The position numbers and the translations under genes are program-made. From positions 352,001-416,000 of the forward strand of contig CAWGHO010000003.1 of NCBI GenBank assembly GCA_963822445.1: 64,000 nt of DNA. The letters run 5' to 3'. The stretch is from an uncultured Acidobacteriota bacterium. GTDB lineage: Bacteria; Acidobacteriota; Thermoanaerobaculia; Gp7-AA8. Shown piece by piece: positions 38,570 through 48,500 of this stretch. Positions within the stretch are counted from its first letter, which is position 1; the number at the start of each line of letters is the position of its first letter. The notes under the pieces are model-generated. The model had not been told where the DNA came from. It searched no databases and saw only the letters and a program-made list of their open reading frames with translations.

Positions 38570-40261
38570 CTAGGCCACCAACTCCTCCACCGCCCGCGGC
38601 TCGGCCACGAAATACCCCTGCACGTAATCGATGCCGATCTCCTCGCACATTGCGAACTGCTCGGCCGTCTCCACCCCTTCGGCCACGATGTCCAGGCCGA
38701 GGTTGTGGGCGAGGGTTGCCACGGTCGTCACCATTTCGCGGTGCTCGACCGACGTGGCGATGCCGGCGATCAGCGTCCGATCGATCTTCAGCGACGTGAA
38801 CGGATAGCGCAGCAGGGAGACCAGCGACGAATAGCCGACGCCGAAATCGTCGATGCACAGTTGAATGCCCAGCGAGCGCACCGCGTGCAGCGCGCGCGCC
38901 GCTGATTCCGGATGCGCGGCAATGGCCGTCTCCGTGACCTCCAGGCGCACGCGGCGCGGCGGAACGCCGTTGCTGCGCACCGTGCGATCGATGCGCTCCA
39001 CGAGATCGGGCTGCTGCAGCTGCATCGCCGACAGATTCACGTTCACGATCGCGTCGTCGAGCTTGTGGTTCCACTCGATCAGATCGCGGCACACGCGATC
39101 GAGCACCCACTCGCCGATTTCCAGAATGCTCCCCGTCTCCTCGGCCACCGGAATGAACGCCGCCGGCCCGATCGCGCCGCGCGTCGGATGATTCCAGCGC
39201 AACAACGCCTCGAAGCCCGCCAGGCGGCGCTCGCGCATCGTCACGATGGGCTGGTAGACGAGATGAAGCTGATCGCGCTCGATGGCGCGGCGGAGATCCA
39301 TCTCGATCTGCATCCGTTCGAACGCCTCCACGCGCATGGCGTCGTGGAACAGCTCCGAGCGAGCCTTGCCCGCGGCCTTCGCGCGGTACATGGCCGTGCC
39401 CGCGTCGCGCAGCACTTCGCCGGCCGCGTGGTACTGCCGCCGCGAGCAGGCGATGCCGATGCTCGCGGTCGTGTAGATGTCCTGCCCCTGAATGGAAAAG
39501 GGAACGGCGATCGCGCCGCCGATGCGGTCGGCGATCTCCGTCGCGCCGGTCTCGTTCGCGCCGTCGAGCAGGATTCCGAATTCGTCGCTGGTCAGGCGCG
39601 CGACGAGATCTGCCGGCCGGATCGCCGCACGGATGCGATGTGCGGTCGCGGCGAGGAGCGTGTCGCCGGCTCGGTGGCCGAGGCTGTCGTTGATGATGTT
39701 GAAGCGATCGAGGTCGAGGAGCAGCACCGCGAAGGGGCGGGCCGAATCGACGGCCAGCTCGACCTGCTGCTCGAACTGCTTGCGGTTCGGCAGCGTGGTC
39801 AGCTCGTCGCGCATCGCTTTCGCCTGCGCGAGGGAGAGCGCTTCGTGGAGGATGCGCGCGCGCAGCTCCGCGCTCGCGCGTGCCGCGGTGAACTCCAGCA
39901 CCGCGCGGACGACTTCGTTGTCCTCGAACGGCTTGTCGCGCATCACGGCAAGCCAGCCGACCAGCGCTTCGCCGTCGGCGAGCGCGATGCCGGCGTACTG
40001 TCCGTCGGAGTAGTACCCGCGCTCGATCACCTCACGGCAGGGGCGACCGGAAAGCGCGAAGTGATCCGCCTCGAACGGACCGCCTTCGCCGTGAAAGGCC
40101 ACCGTGCGTCCGCGCAGCGGCTCGCGATCGGTGAGCTCCGCCACGAACGCAAAGTCCGCTTCCAGCATCTCCGCGAGCTCGCGGAGGAGCGCACTGAAGA
40201 AGCAGTCGGATGCCGTGGCGGAAATGCCGCGGACGAGTCGTAATAGATGCGGCGAAGTCAT
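38570..40261 (-). CDS. GAF-like / degenerate GGDEF (TSDEF) / EAL phosphodiesterase
   Basis: ARLTSDEF, GFEALLRW and DDFGVGYSSL motifs. Confidence 0.92.
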   Translation of the reverse strand: MTSPHLLRLVRGISATASDCFFSALLRELAEMLEADFAFVAELTDREPLRGRTVAFHGEGGPFEADHFALSGRPCREVIERGYYSDGQYAGIALADGEALVGWLAVMRDKPFEDNEVVRAVLEFTAARASAELRARILHEALSLAQAKAMRDELTTLPNRKQFEQQVELAVDSARPFAVLLLDLDRFNIINDSLGHRAGDTLLAATAHRIRAAIRPADLVARLTSDEFGILLDGANETGATEIADRIGGAIAVPFSIQGQDIYTTASIGIACSRRQYHAAGEVLRDAGTAMYRAKAAGKARSELFHDAMRVEAFERMQIEMDLRRAIERDQLHLVYQPIVTMRERRLAGFEALLRWNHPTRGAIGPAAFIPVAEETGSILEIGEWVLDRVCRDLIEWNHKLDDAIVNVNLSAMQLQQPDLVERIDRTVRSNGVPPRRVRLEVTETAIAAHPESAARALHAVRSLGIQLCIDDFGVGYSSLVSLLRYPFTSLKIDRTLIAGIATSVEHREMVTTVATLAHNLGLDIVAEGVETAEQFAMCEEIGIDYVQGYFVAEPRAVEELVA

Positions 40262-40328
40262 TCGGGACGATTGGATGCCCGAAACTGTAACCGGTTACAG
40301 AAATTTCCCGCGGTGACCTGTCTCACGG

Positions 40329-41318
40329 TCAGGAACCGGTTACGACAACGACACGGCCGCGCACGCGTCCACCAAGAATGTCATCTGACAGTTCGTGAAT
40401 GCGCGAAAGCGGTTCCTTTCGGGAAAGACTCGCCAATTTCGTCGCATCGATGTTGCGGGCGAGCCGCGACCACGCTTCGATCCGTTTCGGCTTCGCCGTG
40501 TGAATCGAGCTGACGCCGAGGAGCGACACGTTGCGGAGGATGAGCGGCCACACCGTCGTGTTCAATTCATGACCGCCGGCCATGCCGCAGCAGGCGATGG
40601 CGCCTTCGTACGCGGTCTGGGCGAAGAGATTCGCCAGGGTCTGGCCGCCGACCGTGTCGACGCCGCCCGCCCATTTCTCCGATTGCAGCGGTCCGCCCTT
40701 CTTCGCGAGCTCGTCGCGCTCGAGGATCGACGAAGCGCCAAGCCCGCGAAGGTAATCCGCTTCCTCGGGGCGGCCCGTCGACGCCGCGACGCGATAGCCG
40801 AGCTTCGCCAGCAGCAGCACCGCGATCGATCCCACGCCGCCGGCGGCTCCGGTCACGACCACCTCGCGCTCCGACGGAACGACGCCCGCCTGCTCGAGAG
40901 CCATGACGCAGAGCATGGCCGTGAAGCCGGCCGTGCCGATCTGCATAGCCTGCTCGAGCGACAGGCCCTCGGGCAGCGGCACGAGCGCGTTCGCCGGCAC
41001 GCGCTGGCGTTCGGTGTAACCGCCCCATTCCGTTTCGCCGAGGCCGTGGGCGAGCCCGATCACGCGCTGGCCGGGCTTGAATTCATCCGTCGTCGACGCG
41101 CCGACCGTGCCGGCCAGGTCGATGCCGAGGACCATGGGAAAGCGTCGAATGATCTTCCCCCGCCCCGTCACCGCCAGCGCGTCCTTGTAATTGAGCGAGG
41201 AGTACTCGACGTCGACCGTGACCTCGCCGTTCTGCGGCAGATCGTCGTCGGTGAGCGTTTCGAGGGAGGTGGTGTATCCATCCGCCGTCTGGCGGGCGAT
41301 GAGTGCGCGGAAGGTCAT
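40329..41318 (-). CDS. acuI: YhdH/AcuI family acryloyl-CoA reductase
   Basis: YSSLNYKDALA, GIDLAG, AMQIGTAGFTAMLCV and VTGAAGGVGS motifs. Confidence 0.88.
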   Translation of the reverse strand: MTFRALIARQTADGYTTSLETLTDDDLPQNGEVTVDVEYSSLNYKDALAVTGRGKIIRRFPMVLGIDLAGTVGASTTDEFKPGQRVIGLAHGLGETEWGGYTERQRVPANALVPLPEGLSLEQAMQIGTAGFTAMLCVMALEQAGVVPSEREVVVTGAAGGVGSIAVLLLAKLGYRVAASTGRPEEADYLRGLGASSILERDELAKKGGPLQSEKWAGGVDTVGGQTLANLFAQTAYEGAIACCGMAGGHELNTTVWPLILRNVSLLGVSSIHTAKPKRIEAWSRLARNIDATKLASLSRKEPLSRIHELSDDILGGRVRGRVVVVTGS

Positions 41319-41391
41319 TTGGGAATCTTAGTGGTTGCGGGGTTGCTGGGTTGCCGAAGGATTTCCGCGTCCGCACCCGTCCAACGGGTAC

Positions 41392-42773
41392 ATGAACAAA
41401 CTGATCGTCGCCTGCGTCGTCCTCATTTCCATCGCCGTCTCGGTGCGCGCCGAACCGGCGCGCAGGAAGTATCTCGTCGCAACGGAGAGGCCGTTTCGCG
41501 AGGAAACACTCGGGAAGAGACAGTACGTGCGCTTCGCGGGCGTGGCTGGTTACGCCGTCGAGCTCTCGGATGAGGAAGCGAAAGCGCTCGCCGCGACGAG
41601 CGGGGTTCGGTATGTGGAGCCGGATGTCGAGCGCTACGTCTCGGCGATCCCGGCAGCGCACCTCGACGTCGCGCAGATGACTCCCTGGGGCGTCAGCAGC
41701 GTCAACGCGCCGTCGGTCTGGTTCCTCACGCGCGGCGAGGGCGTCCGGGTCGGAATCATCGACACGGGAATCGATCTCGGGCATCCCGATCTGCAGGCGG
41801 CGTATGCCGGCGGGTACGACTTCGTGCACAACGACACCGTTCCCGAAGAAGAAGCCGAAGGCGACGCCTTCGGACATGGCACGCGCATGGCCGGCATCAT
41901 CGCCGCGTCGGACAACGGCTTCGGTCTCATCGGTGCCGCTCCCGTCGCGCCAACGTGCTCGTCATCGCTGCGGTCGGCAATCACGCGTCCTGGGTTCGCT
42001 ATCCCGCGGCATACCCATCGGTGGTGGGTGTAGGAGCGATGGATCGCACGCGCCGCATCGCGTCGTTCTCCAACACCGGTGCCGAAGTCGATTTCGTGGC
42101 GCCCGGCGTCGATCTCCTGTCGACGATCATCTCGGGCAAAGGCCGCGTGGGCAACATCACGCTCGACGACGGGACGTCATTGACGGCTCGCCCCTTCGCG
42201 TACTCGAGGATGGGCGAGGCCGCGGGCATGCCTGTCGATTGCCTCCAGGGCAACTCGGCCGATTTCCCTCCCGCCACCATGCAGAACGTCGCCCTCGTTC
42301 TTCGCGAGGGACCGTCGATTCCGGTGAAGGCGACGAACGCCGTCGCCGCGAAGGCCGCTGCGCTCGTGGTGATCAATTCCTCACCGGACGACATGCCGAT
42401 GCGCGGATCGCTGGGATTCGCGGACCCGAAATGGCCGGTGGCCGTCAGCGTGTCCCGGCAGAGCGGCCAGATCCTCCGCGAGCGGGGAGGGGCTGTGCTC
42501 GTCGACTCCTACGAGACCGACTACGACGCCTCGGACGGCGCGTCGCTGTCCGCGCCACACGTCGCCGCGATCGCCGCGCTCGTCATCGCGCTGCGTCCGG
42601 ACCTCAACGCCGACGAAGTTCTCGCCCTTCTCGCATCCACCGCAACCGACCTCGGCGACGCGGGCCGCGATCCGGTGTTCGGCCACGGCCTCGTCGACGC
42701 GTACGCCGCGGCGGAGGCGGCGGTGCCGGAACGGATGCCGGTGAAGAAGCGGAGGAGGAGCGCCAGGCAGTGA
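41392..42773 (+). pseudogene. S8 subtilase with PA domain, broken by an internal deletion/frameshift near 41945
   Basis: Signal peptide, IIDTGID and HGTRMAG; then AAVGN, PA domain and GASLSAPHVA in another frame. The segment between IGAAP and VLVIAA is missing. Ends KRRRSARQ. Confidence 0.75.
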
Positions 42774-42785
42774 AACGGTGCGCTG

Positions 42786-43541
42786 CTACTTCCTCACCGT
42801 CCTCGCCAGATACTCCCGGATCCGCGCGTGCGTTTCCGGCGAGCGCCATTCATCGCGCACGGCGTCATCGAGCTCGTTCGCGTAGTGCTTGGCGCGGTCG
42901 ATGGCTTTGTCGCGGAGCTGGCGTTTGGCGAGCTTGAACGCACCCGGTGGAAGCGCGGCCAGTTGCGCGGCCACTTCGGATGCGCGGGTCAGCAAGGACT
43001 CGGGAGCCGCGACTTCGTCGATCAGGCCGAGGCGGAGGGCTTCGTCGGGAGGGACGGTTTTGGCGGTGTAGATCAGCGCCTGCAGGTGTTGCGGTGGAAC
43101 GGAGAAGCGGACCACTTCGAGCACCGCCGGGGGGAAGGGGACGCCGACCAGCAGCTCGGGCATGCCGATGCGGGCGTTGCCGGCGGCCATGATCCGGTAA
43201 TCGCCGGTGAGGGTGAAGATGCAGCCGCCGGCGATGGCGTGACCGTTCACCGCCACGACCAGCGGCTTCGGAAGGGAGAAGAGGTCGAGCATCATCCGCG
43301 ACAGCGCGGGGACGAAGCGGGAGACGTACTCATCGCCGCCGTCGGTCAGGCGAAAGAGATCCACGCCGGCGGAAAAGATAGAGCCCGTGCCGGTGAGGAT
43401 CACCGCGCGCACGCCGTCGTCGAGGGCGATCTCGGCGACGACGCGGGCCAGTCCGTCGAGCAACTCGACGTCCAGCGCGCTCGCTTTTCCATGAGCCAGG
43501 CGAAGGGTGACGATTCCGTCGTTGTTACTGCGCTCGATCAT
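42786..43541 (-). CDS. Enoyl-CoA hydratase/isomerase family protein
   Basis: FSAGVDL, PKPLVVAVNGHAIAGG and IGMPE motifs. Confidence 0.92.
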   Translation of the reverse strand: MIERSNNDGIVTLRLAHGKASALDVELLDGLARVVAEIALDDGVRAVILTGTGSIFSAGVDLFRLTDGGDEYVSRFVPALSRMMLDLFSLPKPLVVAVNGHAIAGGCIFTLTGDYRIMAAGNARIGMPELLVGVPFPPAVLEVVRFSVPPQHLQALIYTAKTVPPDEALRLGLIDEVAAPESLLTRASEVAAQLAALPPGAFKLAKRQLRDKAIDRAKHYANELDDAVRDEWRSPETHARIREYLARTVRK

Positions 43542-44084
43542 CTAAAGACTCCTCATCGCTTCGGCGATCTCCTCGACCTTCGTCGAAGGATCGAACAATC
43601 GCACGACGTCGCCGTCGCGGTCGAGCAGATACAGCCGGATGGTGTGATCGACGACCGGCCCCGCGGCCGAGCCGGTGTCGCGGATCTGATACGTCGCCGC
43701 GAACGCCTTGACCACCGCGTCGATCTGCGCCTTCGAGCCGGTCAGCCCTTTCGCCGGCACGGCCGAGAAGTAGGAGAGGTATTGCTTCAGCAACGGCGGC
43801 GTGTCCCGCGGATCCACGCTGACGAAGAGCGTGGGGATGTCCTGCGCCTTCGCGCCGGCCAGGCGATACGCGCGGGCGACGCGGGACATCATCGTCGGGC
43901 AGGCGTCGGGGCAGTGCGTGTAGCCGAAGAACAGCAGCGCCGGACGGCCGCGCAAGGACTCGCTGCGGAAGACGCGGCCGTCGTGATCGACCAGCGTGAA
44001 CGCGCCGATGTCGAGGAGCTTCTCCTGTTCCGCCGGCTGCGCGCAGGCCGCGAGCAGAAGCAGGGCGAGCGCGCTAATCCTCAT
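43542..44084 (-). CDS. SCO1/SenC copper chaperone lipoprotein
   Basis: Lipobox LAAC; FFGYTHCPDACP; VSVDP; VDH. Confidence 0.93.
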   Translation of the reverse strand: MRISALALLLLAACAQPAEQEKLLDIGAFTLVDHDGRVFRSESLRGRPALLFFGYTHCPDACPTMMSRVARAYRLAGAKAQDIPTLFVSVDPRDTPPLLKQYLSYFSAVPAKGLTGSKAQIDAVVKAFAATYQIRDTGSAAGPVVDHTIRLYLLDRDGDVVRLFDPSTKVEEIAEAMRSL

Positions 44085-44730
44085 CGCGCACCGGAACCTC
44101 GATCGTTTCCCGCGAGCCGTCTTCAAAGGTCACCGTGAGCTCGATCGTATCGCCCGCGCGGAGCGGTTTGACCAGGTCGATGAGCATGAGATGCGCGCCG
44201 TCGGCGGGCGGTGCGGCGATCCGCTCGACCTTGTTCATCGACATCACGCCGTCCACGGTCTTCATCTCATGCAACTCGACCACACGCGCCGCGGGAGTGG
44301 TGACCGCGGTGATGGCCGAGGGGAGGGACACGACGTACGCCACGGCGGTGGTCTGCATGGGGTGCGATGCGCGCGCCCAGATCTGCGTCCGCGGCGGCTC
44401 GAGGGAGAGGATGTATTCGGCGATGGCCATCCGCTCGCGTTTGGGAATGTCGGGATAGGCGGGCATGCCCGTGCGCCCATCCGCCACGCCGAACGCGATC
44501 GTCGCGGCGATCCCCTCGGCCGTCTTGGCCCCGGCGAAGTGCTTCACGTTGCGAAGATCGCGCGGTTTGATCGTGGAGAGCGGCGCGGAGAAGCCCTTTC
44601 CGTCCGCGTTCTCACCATGACACGCGGCGCAGCCGTAGGCGAGGTAGAGCTCCCGGCCCGTCTTGACCTCGGCGCCAGGGCCGCAGGCGGTGAGGGCGAT
44701 CAGGGCGAGGAGAAGGAATGCGCGCGTCAC
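44074..44730 (-). CDS. Cytochrome c fused to a PCu(A)C copper chaperone domain, lipoprotein
   Basis: Lipobox LTAC; CAACH and GMPAY; then HEMKTVDGVMSM...HLML. Confidence 0.85.
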   Translation of the reverse strand: MTRAFLLLALIALTACGPGAEVKTGRELYLAYGCAACHGENADGKGFSAPLSTIKPRDLRNVKHFAGAKTAEGIAATIAFGVADGRTGMPAYPDIPKRERMAIAEYILSLEPPRTQIWARASHPMQTTAVAYVVSLPSAITAVTTPAARVVELHEMKTVDGVMSMNKVERIAAPPADGAHLMLIDLVKPLRAGDTIELTVTFEDGSRETIEVPVRDED

Positions 44731-44984
44731 AGCCTCAGAGTACCAATCCCGACCGCCCGCCCGGTCGATTTAGACGTCCCCACGGACTCACTGAAGGACC
44801 GCTTTGCGGACAGACGCGCTTCGGTTAGTATCGCCGCCGGTCAGCCCAGCCCCAATCCAACAACGGAACACGAACCAATAACGAGAGAGGTCTTGTGGCG
44901 CACGCGTCCCATCGTCGTGCCGGGAGGGGTGGCGGGCGGGTCTTCATCAACGTCGCCGGTCGAACGGACCGCCGCTGACCGACC

Positions 44985-45524
44985 ATGTGGCGCCGCTTCA
45001 TTGCTCTGGTCGCGTTGCCGCAGCTTCTCTGCGCCGCGGCCGCGTTGGCCGACATCACCAGCGCCAGCCTCGAGATTCAGGGCGCGGGATTGCGTCTGGA
45101 AACGGTGTCCGTCACGACCGGGCTCGATATCCCGACCACCATTCAGACCTCGTTCGGCAACAGGACTAACGATCAGTCTCCATCTGTCCCCGGTCTGCTG
45201 GCCGTCGGCGATCTGACGGGTCCCGGAATCGAAATCCCGATTCAACTCACGACCACGCCGGGCTATCGCTTCAACATCCCCGGTCTCACCCGTCTTGGCG
45301 ATTACTACCTCCAGAACGTACGCCTGATGAATGGCAACGACGTCATTCAGCGCGCGACGCCATCGCTCGCGAAAATTACAGTCGCGGATCTATTTCAAAC
45401 GTCGCTGTCGGTGAAACAGCTCACGCCGGAAGAAATCCGCGCGCGCGGCATCGTAGTCGATTCAAGAAATTACGACGTCTATGACAGGCGCGAAAAAAGG
45501 CAATGTCATTTATTACCTCTATGA
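44985..45524 (+). CDS. N-terminal fragment of a large secreted protein, probably the 5' part of the Rhs gene
   Basis: Signal peptide MWRRFIALVALPQLLCAAAALA. The coding character changes abruptly near 45485, where the YD-repeat frame starts. Confidence 0.65.
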   Translation: MWRRFIALVALPQLLCAAAALADITSASLEIQGAGLRLETVSVTTGLDIPTTIQTSFGNRTNDQSPSVPGLLAVGDLTGPGIEIPIQLTTTPGYRFNIPGLTRLGDYYLQNVRLMNGNDVIQRATPSLAKITVADLFQTSLSVKQLTPEEIRARGIVVDSRNYDVYDRREKRQCHLLPL

Positions 45525-48500
45525 CGTCAGTGGACAGCTGCGCCACGTTGTCGATCCCCTGGGGCGGCGGACCACGCTGAGCTACAACGAGCACGACTTC
45601 GTAAGTGAGATCGAAGACTGGCGTGGGCGCAAAGTCACCTACGCGTATGAGGCCGGCCGTCTGGTGTCCGTGAAGGGGCCGGAGGTGCAGAGCGCGGAAG
45701 GCTTCAGCGGGCGTCCCGAAACGCGTTATGGCTACCAGCCCATCGAGGCCGGTCTCACGGCACACACCGACTTCGCGGCAAACCTGAAGACGATCATGAA
45801 TCCCGGCGTTTCCGCCGCGCGGGTAACGTTCGAATACGACTTGTCGACGAACGCCGCGAAGCGCGATCGCGCCACGAGTCAGACCTGGGCCACGGGCGAA
45901 ACGGCGCAATTCCAGGTAACGCAGACCAGCGATCGGTTACCGACCCAGGTCACGATCACCGATGTCCTCGGACAGAAGCGGATCTACGAACTGTCCGGCG
46001 TAGTCCGGCGGCATGTTGCGAAGACCACTCTGGAGAACGTGCCGGTGTTCGAGAGCGACGAATCGCTCGCGCAGGCGCCGCTGAACGCCGACGCCGAGCC
46101 GCAGACCCTCGTTGTGGAAGTCCTCGAACGAAACCCTCATGGCCAGGCCACGCGGATCAAATCACCGCACGACCAGGAAACGACCACGACTACCGAGCCG
46201 GCGGGCGGAGGTGCAGTCGGAACGCGAATCAAAGAAATCGTTCAAAAGCTGGGTCAGGAGACTCTCGCGACGGCCATCCAGTTCGATGTTCTGGAAGGGG
46301 CGGGCAACAACCCTTTGAGCATTGGACGTGCCGCAAATGGCGGAACACCGGAGATGCGCGAGTCGCCTATCGCCACGCGCAACCGGCTCGAAGTGTTGGT
46401 GACTGACGACGACGTGAAGACCCTGCAGAAATTCGACCCGCACGGGCAGTTGCTGAGGGCGGCTCAGCAGGACGCCGGCGGAAGCGCCGAGACGGGCGTG
46501 CAGGAGTATCAGTACTACGACGCCAGCGCGGCGCCGATCGCCCGCGGACGGATCAAATCAGTTACCCGCCCTGACGGAGCGGTATCGCTTCTGTTCAACT
46601 ACGCCACAACCGCGCTCGGCGGCGACCGCACGACCATCACCGACGCTATCCGAGGCACGGTAACAACGGTCGACCGCGACGCTCGAGGGCTCCCGACGCG
46701 AAGCGCGATCACGAAAAACGCGGCCACGCTCAGCGACGTGACGTTTGCATACGACGCGAACGGCCTGCTCAAAGCCTCGACCAGGCAGCAGGAAACGCTC
46801 GGCGAAGTGGTCACCCGCATGGCGTACGACGACATGTTGCGCGAGACCGAGGTTTCCACGACTCAGACACGCGTCGGCGGCTCGCCTGCAACCGTGACCG
46901 CGAAGACGGTGTGGGACCTTTCGAATCACACGATCACACGGACCGATCCCTTCGCCGGCAGCGAAAGCACCGCGGCAAGAGAGATCACCACGCTCGACTC
47001 GTTGGGCCGGACTGCGGAAGTGAAGCGTGTGTCGGCGGCCGGCGATGCGCAAACGCTGCGCGTCTTCCGATACGACCGCCAGGGACAACTGTCGTACGAG
47101 ACGGACCGTACCCGCTGGGGCATCGTCCGCGTCTACGATCCGTTCGGCCGGCAGACGCTGAGCGTGGATTCGCGCATGCAGCGGCACGAAGCGAAGTGGA
47201 CGCCGTGGGATCAGCCGGAGACCGAACAGCGTCTCGATGGGGGCCTCGTCCAGCAGGGAGGCACACCCTCGGTCGTCAGCAACGTGAAGCGCATCTTCAC
47301 GCGGAACGGGCAGTTGCGGGCCATAAATGAAGAGCTGATCGCCGGTACGCAGTTCCGTTCGACCCGCTACGGATGGGCGAACGGCGGACGCGAGACCAGC
47401 GTTCGCATGGGAGCTATCGCCAGCCTGGACGAGCCATTGAGAGCGGACACCGTCGTGCGTCTCACCGAGAGCCACGTCGACGCGGCGGGGCGGACGACCG
47501 ACTTCAAGGTCGGAGAGGGGAGAGGGATCAGCGGCACCTTCACCGAGTTCGGTTTGTACGGTCACACCGAGACGGCATCGAATGAATACACGGGCATGCT
47601 GCCGTCCGCGCAACACGTGCGCGAGCCGCGCACGGGAGCGAGTTTCATCACCATTCACGCCTACGACGGGTTGGGACGGCCGGCCACGACTGTTGCACCT
47701 GGTGGCTACGAGATTCAACGGACGTTCGACGAGGTGGGCAATGTCCTTTCGACGGAAACCTCGGGTCGCGATGATCTCTCGCAGGCCCGATACGACTCGC
47801 GAGGGCTCGTCATTGAACAGATGCACCCCGATTCAACCTCGATTGAGTACCAGTACGACGCCCTCGGCAATCTCACCAGGTATCGCGACGAGCGGGGGAA
47901 AGACACCACCTATGAGACCGATGGTCTCGGCCGCGTCATCAAGGCGAGGTATCCGGACGGAACCTGCGAAGCGACGATCTTCGAGAACGGATCCGGGCTG
48001 ACCGCTGCCACGCGCGATCGCGCCGGGCAATGGCTGATTTATCGATATGCCGGTTATCTCGTCGACGAGATTCGCCTCGGTCCGATAGGCGCAGCAGCGG
48101 AGTGCACCTCGCCGATCACGGCAGCGCCGTGGTCGGAGGAGGTGTTCGTCAAGTACGGGTACGACCTCGCGAATCGTCTCGTCAGCATTCGAAGTGCGAC
48201 CGCGGGTGCCGAGTGGGCTGATTACGACCGCGGCGGAAGGCCGCACACGACGCGTTCGATCCGCTATAAAGACGGAACGGGTCTCACGAGCGGCGAGATC
48301 CTCGACGTTCACAGCCAGCGTCACGTCTGGTCGATTTTCAACGGTGAGCGCACGCGGTATCGGATGCCCGTGCCGGGAACTACCGTCGCCGAGAACGCGT
48401 CGGCCTCCGATTGGAGAAGCTGGATCGACGAGCAGCGCGATGCGGTGGGCAACGTGATCAGTCAAAAGGCGATCACGACCGAATCGAGCGACGCGGTGGG

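Noticed and set aside
44745-44984. tRNA or integration site at the left edge of the Rhs island
   Set aside because: No cloverleaf, T-loop or CCA end was found, and there is no integrase.
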